Source: Klebsiella phage KPN8. Taken from it: a stretch of DNA of 64,000 bases. The notes under the pieces are model-generated. The model ran no database searches and was not told the DNA's origin. It saw nothing but the letters and a program-made list of their open reading frames with translations. The translations under genes and the position numbers were made by a program. Of this stretch, positions 19,938 to 27,473 are shown piece by piece (position 1 is the first letter of the stretch; each line of letters starts with the position of its first letter). Where the stretch lies: the sequence record OP079919.1; one strand, 5' to 3'.

Positions 19938-20960
19938 ATGAGTCTTTCGTCTTACGGCACGCAAAATGCCTTATCTTATCAGTTATTTAATAACACGAGC
20001 AAGGAGCTCTTGCTACGTAATAATGGCGGAATGAACAATATTATATCCGCGTGCCCTAAAAGCGGATATAATAACACTATTGTTCTGCGGGTTACGCTTA
20101 CTGTACATAATGTTCACAATGTATTATTCGATTTGGAAGGCATGACCAACGCTTTGGATAGGGAGATCGCAACTGAATTCATCACTCAGTTAAATGCCCG
20201 TAAGAAGAACGACTTTGTTTATTTAGAAATTAACGATACCATTTGTATGACACACACCGTCACTCTAGGGCAACGTCACGCGAGTGGATTAAAAAATGAA
20301 ATTAAAAGTGACCTGCTCAATTTCACTTTAAGTCAAGAGGTCAATAAGTATAAAGATAGATTCGTTGGTAAGACCGCAACCGCGATCACCCAAGAGATAA
20401 AAAATGATTTAACTGAAGAAGAATCAGAAAACCTCATTGTGTGTATGAGGGTCAATGATCCTCTTTCCATTGTGAATAATCTCTGGACCACAGCGGGCGG
20501 TGAAGCGGTTTTGATACCGAAAACTACCAATGAAGACGAACCAGCAGGCCTGTATATTGTGAAAGGTCGTAACGCTTATAGCCGTGGAAGTGAATATCAT
20601 GATATCTCTAAGTGCAGTAAAGAATTCCTTAACGCACTAGGGGTTTATCACAGTAAACACGAAGCCGATATTGGCGGTAACAGTAAATTGTTACACGACC
20701 TTACATCTAAAGTATCAGAAATGAAGAAATCCACTGAGAAAGCTCAACGGGAACTAAACACCGCAGAAGTTAAAGCAACCACTCTAAATAATCGGTTGGA
20801 GCATGCAAAGATGGTGCAACTGTTCGATAAAGAACGGGCTAAGTTCAAGGAAGATATATCCAAAAGCGCGAATACCGGTAGTGGATGGGGGGACGCATTT
20901 AAATCTGCTGGGGGGTTCTTGTCGACGCTATTCTCGATATTTAAACTCCTTCCCATTTAA
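19938..20960 (+). CDS. AT-rich accessory (moron-like) protein with coiled-coil and C-terminal hydrophobic tail
   Basis: 340 aa; GC visibly lower (about 38 percent) than flanking genes; non-optimal codons; SD AAGGAAA; C-terminus SAGGFLSTLFSIFKLLPI; 180 nt upstream leader with hairpin. Confidence 0.65.
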   Translation: MSLSSYGTQNALSYQLFNNTSKELLLRNNGGMNNIISACPKSGYNNTIVLRVTLTVHNVHNVLFDLEGMTNALDREIATEFITQLNARKKNDFVYLEINDTICMTHTVTLGQRHASGLKNEIKSDLLNFTLSQEVNKYKDRFVGKTATAITQEIKNDLTEEESENLIVCMRVNDPLSIVNNLWTTAGGEAVLIPKTTNEDEPAGLYIVKGRNAYSRGSEYHDISKCSKEFLNALGVYHSKHEADIGGNSKLLHDLTSKVSEMKKSTEKAQRELNTAEVKATTLNNRLEHAKMVQLFDKERAKFKEDISKSANTGSGWGDAFKSAGGFLSTLFSIFKLLPI

Positions 20961-20971
20961 CAAGGTGCGAC

Positions 20972-22642
20972 ATGGATCCTAAGTTACTGAAAGCGGTATC
21001 GGCTACGATGCCTAAGTTTAATGAAACGATAGCTTCAGGTTTCCATCAACGAGAATTTGAGCAAATACATAAACGTTATGAATATCTTTTAAGAATGACG
21101 TTTGAACCCATTGAAAAGAAAGGAGTATGGTTTGTTGGCGTCAGGTCGGTACGACCTCATGAAATGTATAACGTCATCGCGAAGAACACACAGCAGAAAA
21201 CCTTTGAAACAAACAAAGAAAGTCTTTATCCGGTTAAGCTCGTCTTTAAATACGGGATGGATAAAAATACTGCCAGGGAGATGGATCCTGTTTACGTACT
21301 CCTTCCGTTCTGTGATCGGTATGGGGACGTTTGGATCAGGGGAAGTCAATACAGCCTACAGATCGTCCTGGCTGACCGAGGATTGAGTGTCACTAAAGAC
21401 GATCAGATCTTCGTAAGACTCCTGGGATATAAATTCAAAGTAGGAACTGAGCAATATGAGTATACTCAGATCCACAATGAAATAAATCCCGTCAGGGAAA
21501 CCAACCTTCCTATTAACCTTCCAGCCAACCGCTTCTACGTGGCCAGTGAAGCACGTCGTCCAAACCCAACTAAAACACCCACACCTTTATTGGCGTGGTA
21601 TGTGTTTGCGGAGTATGGTTTTAGCGAAACCATGCGTAAGTTCGGGGAATGCGATTACGCGATAGGTGATCGTGATGCGATCATTCAGCAATATAGTGAA
21701 GATAAAGGTTGGAAGCTGTTTGGCAGTAAAGGATTGGCGATTGGTAAAAGTATCACGCCATATGTGAATTGCGGGTTAGCTATAGCGGCTAAACCATTAA
21801 ACGAAAAACGAAGAGGGGAAATACCTAACGTTGCACAACAGTATATTGCGGCATTGCTTTATCTGTGTGATGTTGGCGGAGAATTTATTGATTTGGATAA
21901 ACTCGACGATAAATATTTTTGGCGTATGATGGTCGGACACGCCAGTATTAAAGCCGGAGGAAATCTCACCCATTTGGAAAAACAGATGGCGGATCACTTC
22001 GATTCCATGAACGAAGGTTTAGACCAAACAAGTATCCAACGATTCGCTGAGCAACGAATCGTGGTTAAAGATCGTTATGAATTGTTTAATTACATCATAG
22101 CGAACCGGGCTGAAATCGTTAAGACTTCCGATAAAGCCAATATGTTACATAAAGAAATTAGTTCTAGTGAGTTCACATTAGACAAACTGATTACTGCGGC
22201 TAACCGCTTTAAACACGATGTCAAAAACACAACAGAACTCAACTATGAACGTGTTAAGTCATTCATGTCATCTCATTTCAAATTACGCGATATCGAATCG
22301 GCTGCTTGGGAATCTAACATGATCCAAGAAGCTACGCCGACAGATTGCCCTATCGCCGATTATGGCTTTGGGGTGATGTCTCAGGCGAAAGTGTTCGGTC
22401 CTCGTAATAACGGGAGAAACAGTGACTTTAACCCTAACGATCCCGCTAACTGCATACATGGCTCTGTACCTTTTGTGATGAGTTTCCAACGGGTAACTAA
22501 ACCCGACCCAAACGCTTGCGGATTCTTAGCCCCCTGCGTGTATTTGATCAACGACAAATACTTGGGACTCAGACCAGAAGATGTGGAACTGTACGAAGCC
22601 ACTGTGAGCAGACTTACTAAGTCTGAGGTTAAAATTAAATGA
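20972..22642 (+). CDS. hypothetical protein (head module)
   Basis: 556 aa ORF; SD AAGGTG. Confidence 0.8.
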   Translation: MDPKLLKAVSATMPKFNETIASGFHQREFEQIHKRYEYLLRMTFEPIEKKGVWFVGVRSVRPHEMYNVIAKNTQQKTFETNKESLYPVKLVFKYGMDKNTAREMDPVYVLLPFCDRYGDVWIRGSQYSLQIVLADRGLSVTKDDQIFVRLLGYKFKVGTEQYEYTQIHNEINPVRETNLPINLPANRFYVASEARRPNPTKTPTPLLAWYVFAEYGFSETMRKFGECDYAIGDRDAIIQQYSEDKGWKLFGSKGLAIGKSITPYVNCGLAIAAKPLNEKRRGEIPNVAQQYIAALLYLCDVGGEFIDLDKLDDKYFWRMMVGHASIKAGGNLTHLEKQMADHFDSMNEGLDQTSIQRFAEQRIVVKDRYELFNYIIANRAEIVKTSDKANMLHKEISSSEFTLDKLITAANRFKHDVKNTTELNYERVKSFMSSHFKLRDIESAAWESNMIQEATPTDCPIADYGFGVMSQAKVFGPRNNGRNSDFNPNDPANCIHGSVPFVMSFQRVTKPDPNACGFLAPCVYLINDKYLGLRPEDVELYEATVSRLTKSEVKIK

Positions 22643-25032
22643 GCAGCATTCGCCCTACCAATCGCGGTAATGGAGTGAGTATTCCTAACGAAGATCCGAG
22701 CATGGGTAATGGTTTCGGTTCACTGGCTACAGGAATGCAACAAAATAGCATGTACGGTCAACCGCAACAAATGTTTGATCCGTCTGCGATGATGAAAATG
22801 ATTTCAACAGGAGGCATGAGCAATAACCCAGCCTCCGGCGGTTGGGATTGGTCGAACGTAGATAGGCCGAAGAACCCTAATGCTGCATTCTTGGATGAGT
22901 TTTTAGGACATCAGGAAGATGAACTCGAGCACGCGTTGAAAATGGAAGCGCAAGCTTACGCAACTAAATTCGCAGCGCGTATTATCAACGACATTAAAAC
23001 GAGAAACACAAGCGGGTATTATAAGTTCTTCCTTAACGCGTATAATATCTTTGCACTGGTCCCCGACGCCCCTCCTATGATGTGTCCTATCAGGGGGCGG
23101 TTCATAGAGGTTATCAAGAATACTCAGGCGGCGCAGTTGCGTATTGCGGGTCGTGGTGTGACATTCGGTGGTCGTGATTTCGCTTTACAGATCATGGCGC
23201 AGAATCCACTTGATCAACGTCTGGTAGAAAACCTCTTCAGTACTGGTATTGCGAACGCCATGTTTTTAGAAATGGTGGATTGGTTTGCTAAAACGGCTGA
23301 TGGCAGAGACGCATATAGCAAGCTAACTAATGAACTTAAGTTGACATTGACTAAATTACCTAAGTTCATTACTTACGCAGCGGAATGCTTCCAGTTCTTC
23401 AATATGGATAGCCCGTATAATGACCTGAGTCCAGTCCCTAAAACTTCCCCAAACCCAGATCAGAACATGAGTCAGTATGTGGTCAGATCGACGTCAGGGA
23501 GCGGAGCGGAGTGGTTAGGGTTCCAGCATTCTACAGAATCTCAACAGCAGAAGGAGATCAGGGAGATCAACGAATGGGTAGCGAATAATCTTCGCCAACG
23601 CCAAGAGTACCAATACCAACAAGCCCAGCAACAAACTCCCGATGCGGCATATTGGTGTGGTCAGCAGGCTCAGCAGCAGTATAGTTTTGGGGAACTTCAT
23701 ACTAAACGTGTTGATTTCGAAAACGTTAATCCCGATAACGTGGCAGATTTCTCTTTAGAGAACTTCAAACGTATCCCGGGGACAGATAAATACGTTGTCG
23801 ATGAAACCACTTGGAGTTATTTCTCCAAGGCGTTCAAACGAGCCTATCGCCCTTATGGTGAACTTTTTGCCGGAACATACGGAATAAGAGTCGTCAAGAT
23901 CAATTTCGAACTCAACGACGGTTGGGTAGACAATGTTCTGTTTATAGAAGGAGTGACTCCAACCATGGCTTTAGCCAACCCAGCGATACTACTCCCTCAT
24001 CTCGAGACAGACCAGCAAGGTAACGTGGTTATCGTCGATGAGGTAGTCCTACCGAAAGAGAAGGACGAAGAAACCGGTGTCGAGATGGTCCCATTACAGA
24101 AAGTTAAAGTGATGGAGCATGCGCCGACAGCAGTTGTTGTTCCAGAAGTCATTACCGGTGACAGTTTCGGGAATATCGAGACCGTAGTCGATACCATGTT
24201 TGAAACCGTTAAACCGTCAACATCAGGATTATTCGGTGTCGCGATCCCGGTAGAGAACTGGAAACGTTTCTTCGTAGAAGACAGTACGATTGTAGAAGAG
24301 ATCTACCTTCGTTTACCTTGGCTGATTAAAGGTAACGGTGGTGGTACTCCACCTACGTTCTTTGATTTCGTTTCCGAGATACAAAAGACGATGGATCATT
24401 ACATCGGCTGTGATGAACTTCGTGGATTTGTTGAAACTCATATCACTGACACGGTTAACCGTTGGTTGGTGGATACGAGAGGTTACGGCGGTAATCGTGA
24501 TGATCAATATCGCTTCAGAATTAATGGGATCTTCAGCAATCTCAGGAATCTGATTAATCACTTAGAGAACAACGACCCTGATACGTTCAGCGTTTTGGTT
24601 GATCCTAAACGGTTTAAGCGACTCTTCACTAAGTGTAAATTGTTTGCACCGCGTGAGACACGTTCAGCGCTCTTGAATGGCGCTCTGCCGAGTTCTCCAA
24701 CTCAGGCCGCGATAGCTAAGGAAAATGATAAGAAAGCTATGGTCGTCCTTACAGACGTCGTAGTGACCCGTATCGGCAATATCCTCGCACCTAATACACA
24801 AAAGACCGTTATCAACGTAAAACGTTCAGCGTTCCCAGAGATGTTCTCTTTAATCGAACGTTCATTTGGGAAAACCTCCGATCTGTTACCAGAAGGTGTT
24901 GAACAGGTACTGTCTTTTGTCAGTGACGATAGTCTTTGGACTTTCAACACATCAGGATTTGATTCCAACGTCGCTGTTATGCGTAAGGTACCCAGAACCC
25001 AAGGCATGCTTAATTTTAAATTAATTGAATAA
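22639..25032 (+). CDS. hypothetical large virion protein with Gln-rich low-complexity N-terminus
   Basis: 797 aa ORF; ATGA overlap with upstream gene; Q-rich segments (QQNSMYGQPQQMF; QRQEYQYQQAQQQT...QQAQQQY). Confidence 0.8.
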   Translation: MSSIRPTNRGNGVSIPNEDPSMGNGFGSLATGMQQNSMYGQPQQMFDPSAMMKMISTGGMSNNPASGGWDWSNVDRPKNPNAAFLDEFLGHQEDELEHALKMEAQAYATKFAARIINDIKTRNTSGYYKFFLNAYNIFALVPDAPPMMCPIRGRFIEVIKNTQAAQLRIAGRGVTFGGRDFALQIMAQNPLDQRLVENLFSTGIANAMFLEMVDWFAKTADGRDAYSKLTNELKLTLTKLPKFITYAAECFQFFNMDSPYNDLSPVPKTSPNPDQNMSQYVVRSTSGSGAEWLGFQHSTESQQQKEIREINEWVANNLRQRQEYQYQQAQQQTPDAAYWCGQQAQQQYSFGELHTKRVDFENVNPDNVADFSLENFKRIPGTDKYVVDETTWSYFSKAFKRAYRPYGELFAGTYGIRVVKINFELNDGWVDNVLFIEGVTPTMALANPAILLPHLETDQQGNVVIVDEVVLPKEKDEETGVEMVPLQKVKVMEHAPTAVVVPEVITGDSFGNIETVVDTMFETVKPSTSGLFGVAIPVENWKRFFVEDSTIVEEIYLRLPWLIKGNGGGTPPTFFDFVSEIQKTMDHYIGCDELRGFVETHITDTVNRWLVDTRGYGGNRDDQYRFRINGIFSNLRNLINHLENNDPDTFSVLVDPKRFKRLFTKCKLFAPRETRSALLNGALPSSPTQAAIAKENDKKAMVVLTDVVVTRIGNILAPNTQKTVINVKRSAFPEMFSLIERSFGKTSDLLPEGVEQVLSFVSDDSLWTFNTSGFDSNVAVMRKVPRTQGMLNFKLIE

Positions 25033-25076
25033 CCCCACCATCCTAGAACCATTTAATCGATTAAGTAGTTACTATC

Positions 25077-25105
25077 GGATATCCTTCCTTAACGGGAGGG
25101 TATCC
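25077..25105 (+). other. strand-specific RNA hairpin (12 bp stem including two G-U pairs) without U tract
   Basis: GGATATCCTTCC-TTAAC-GGGAGGGTATCC; pairs fully only in the plus-strand transcript. Confidence 0.3.
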
Positions 25106-25140
25106 CTTAATAACCATTTCCCACAAAAAAGGAATACGAA

Positions 25141-25776
25141 ATGAATCGTCCAATTTTTAAAATTAGTCAGCACGCGCAGTTGTCGATCCCGGCCCTCATC
25201 GATGTTACAGAAAATGAAGCGGAATGCTCGTCACTTGTTTACGGCCTCCATCCTTCCATGACCGGGGTATTCTCTGAACGCCAGAAGGATTCAATGGCAG
25301 AGAGTCTTTACCTAATGGGTCAGTACGCCGAAATCATTCCCAGGAATAAGCCGGAGTGTACGATTGATTATCATCCCATCACTAACGAGCATTACCTTAA
25401 ATCGTTTAAACATTATTACGAAGCATGGGTTGCTTTGGGTAGAGATGAAGTGGTGATGCAGGGAGCTACTGTTAGGGTTTCGTCGTTTTTATTATTAAGG
25501 ACTATGTTCAATGGGGTCATAGGAATTCTACCTTATCTCGACCCCAAAGGACATCGGATGCAAGCAAAGGAATACGCTAAATTAGACGATTTGGTTAAAC
25601 TGACCTACGGCGTGCCCGCTGGGTCATTCTCGGCGACCCCCGATTACCAGGTTGTTCCTAAAATAGAGGTGCGGGAACAGATCGTGATGAGCTTTACTGA
25701 CAAATACGGTAACGTCATCACCATCACCGGAATCGATAGAGAAAAGATGATCGAACAGATAGAAAAATTAAAGTAA
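25141..25776 (+). CDS. hypothetical protein
   Basis: 211 aa ORF; SD AAGGAA. Confidence 0.75.
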   Translation: MNRPIFKISQHAQLSIPALIDVTENEAECSSLVYGLHPSMTGVFSERQKDSMAESLYLMGQYAEIIPRNKPECTIDYHPITNEHYLKSFKHYYEAWVALGRDEVVMQGATVRVSSFLLLRTMFNGVIGILPYLDPKGHRMQAKEYAKLDDLVKLTYGVPAGSFSATPDYQVVPKIEVREQIVMSFTDKYGNVITITGIDREKMIEQIEKLK

Positions 25777-25782
25777 TCGTCT

Positions 25783-25835
25783 TCCCTACCACTCCTTAAC
25801 TGGGGTGGTAGGGAGTAAGAAAGCTCTAATTTTTT
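25783..25835 (+). terminator. hairpin terminator
   Basis: TCCCTACCAC/GTGGTAGGGA stem; T6 run about 15 nt downstream. Confidence 0.5.
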
Positions 25836-25918
25836 AACATGAAGATTTTTATAAGTCGATATCATTCAGGTGTATAAACAACAAGTATTTTAATTCTTAT
25901 TCACTAAAGAGGTCCAAA

Positions 25919-26491
25919 ATGGAAATTCGTAAAGATATGATCAATGAAATCGCCGCTCGTATCATCTCTGGTTGCAACGACGTGGAAGCCAGTGTCCGCG
26001 AAAAGCTGCTGCGTAATTTGGTTAATGGTGAGATCTGGCAGTTCGAGCTCAATGAAACTGAGCAAGCGGAACTGATCGCGATCGTAAGCAAAGAGTTCGG
26101 TATTTCCGATCTGGTCTACGTCGAACCGCAGAAAAACATTTCTGAAGAAGATGTCGCCAAAGTCGCTGCCAGTGTTAACGGGCATGTCGAACACAAATAT
26201 CTGAATCTGCGAAATGCGATGGCGGTCGGCGCAGTACTCGGTGCCGGTGCGGCCATCTTAAAAGAAGGTGCGAACGCAATTAATGCCGGTGCTGGTGTGG
26301 TCGGCGCTGCTGTTTCTTACGGCGTGGGTTATCTGGCTGACAAGAAACAGATCGGTATGGGTAATCAGTACGCTGATGTCGCGGCAGGCATTGTTGCCGG
26401 TGGCGTTATCGGTGGTGGCGCTGTATTTGGCGCGGGCTTTGTCGCCAAACGTTTCTTCAGCGATGAAGAAGTTGAAGTTGTTGCAGAGTAA
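25919..26491 (+). CDS. glycine-zipper (GxxxG repeat) protein, paralog 1 of 3
   Basis: 190 aa; SD AGAGG; C-terminal half made of GxxxG repeats; acidic tail DEEVEVVAE; host-optimal codons. Confidence 0.75.
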   Translation: MEIRKDMINEIAARIISGCNDVEASVREKLLRNLVNGEIWQFELNETEQAELIAIVSKEFGISDLVYVEPQKNISEEDVAKVAASVNGHVEHKYLNLRNAMAVGAVLGAGAAILKEGANAINAGAGVVGAAVSYGVGYLADKKQIGMGNQYADVAAGIVAGGVIGGGAVFGAGFVAKRFFSDEEVEVVAE

Positions 26492-26554
26492 TAAACGCAT
26501 CTGAAATATCCGATGCATCTTAAATTAAACTATCAATAGTAAGGAAATACGATC

Positions 26555-26947
26555 ATGAAAAAAGAAAACATTGAACTGACTGGCACCGAACTCGACGAAG
26601 CTAAAGCAATGCTGGCTGTTGATGCAGAAACTTCTCTGTTCGACGATATCTGTGAAAAACTCGGTGGCTACGTAGCTACCGACAAACAGAAAAGCCACGT
26701 GAAAGCCGCAGTGATCGGTGGCGTCATCGGCACCGCCCTGGGCATGGCGAGCAAACCATCTGTCGGCACGCTGATCGGTGGCGTGGTTGGTACCGCAGGC
26801 GGCGCTTATGTGGGTAGTCGTATCGCTGATGATCTGAGCAATCAGTTCATTGACAAACTGCTCACCGCTGACATTGGCTTCCTGTGCAGCACCATCGGGG
26901 CGTCCATCGGTAGTGCATTAACCCCGAGTAAAGTCGAAGCGAACTAA
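26555..26947 (+). CDS. glycine-zipper protein, paralog 2 of 3
   Basis: 130 aa; SD AAGGAAA; AAVIGGVIGTALGMASKPSVGTLIGGVVGTAGGAYVGS. Confidence 0.75.
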   Translation: MKKENIELTGTELDEAKAMLAVDAETSLFDDICEKLGGYVATDKQKSHVKAAVIGGVIGTALGMASKPSVGTLIGGVVGTAGGAYVGSRIADDLSNQFIDKLLTADIGFLCSTIGASIGSALTPSKVEAN

Positions 26948-27015
26948 ATCTTCTAGTCCGTTTAAACACTGTTAAATTTTAGGCAACTCAACATCAAAAC
27001 GTAAGAGGTATTATC

Positions 27016-27411
27016 ATGGATATGGCAAACAAACCTGCAGTTAACAAAGCTCCTCTGTCAGAAGAAGAAATTCTGAAAATGCTGGCCGGTCACAAATCCA
27101 CCGATGTCAACTATCGGGTCGGTCGAATCGCCGGTGTACTGGGCGCGGTCGTCGGCGGCGCACATCGCACCGTCACTCAAGGTATCAAACCATCAACTGT
27201 TGTCGGCACAGTCGTCGGCGGATTAGTTGGGTACAAAACTGGCAAACTCGCGGATGGCTTCAGTGACCTGACGGGAACGCATTCCCCGGTCGCGGATGTC
27301 GGCGCATTCACAGCAGGTTACGGCGTGACTCTGGGCATGAGCGCCCTGGCAGCCACCTTCGATCAGTACATCACTCCGCTGTACGAATCAGAAGAAGAAA
27401 CCGAAGAATAA
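27016..27411 (+). CDS. glycine-zipper protein, paralog 3 of 3
   Basis: 131 aa; SD AAGAGG; IAGVLGAVVGGAHRTV...VVGTVVGGLVGYKTG; acidic tail ESEEETEE. Confidence 0.75.
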   Translation: MDMANKPAVNKAPLSEEEILKMLAGHKSTDVNYRVGRIAGVLGAVVGGAHRTVTQGIKPSTVVGTVVGGLVGYKTGKLADGFSDLTGTHSPVADVGAFTAGYGVTLGMSALAATFDQYITPLYESEEETEE

Positions 27412-27420
27412 GAAAGTTAA

Positions 27421-27473
27421 CTCCTCTACCCGTAAGGGTAGAGGAGTTACTTAATTACTTATTTTTTTTTTAT
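27421..27473. terminator. bidirectional rho-independent terminator
   Basis: CTCCTCTACCC-GTAA-GGGTAGAGGAG followed by T12 run; between convergent genes. Confidence 0.7.

Noticed and set aside
25871-25880. TGTATAAAC resembling T4 late promoter TATAAATA upstream of glycine-zipper operon
   Set aside because: A similar element is not found consistently upstream of other highly expressed late genes in the window, so it cannot be called a promoter class.
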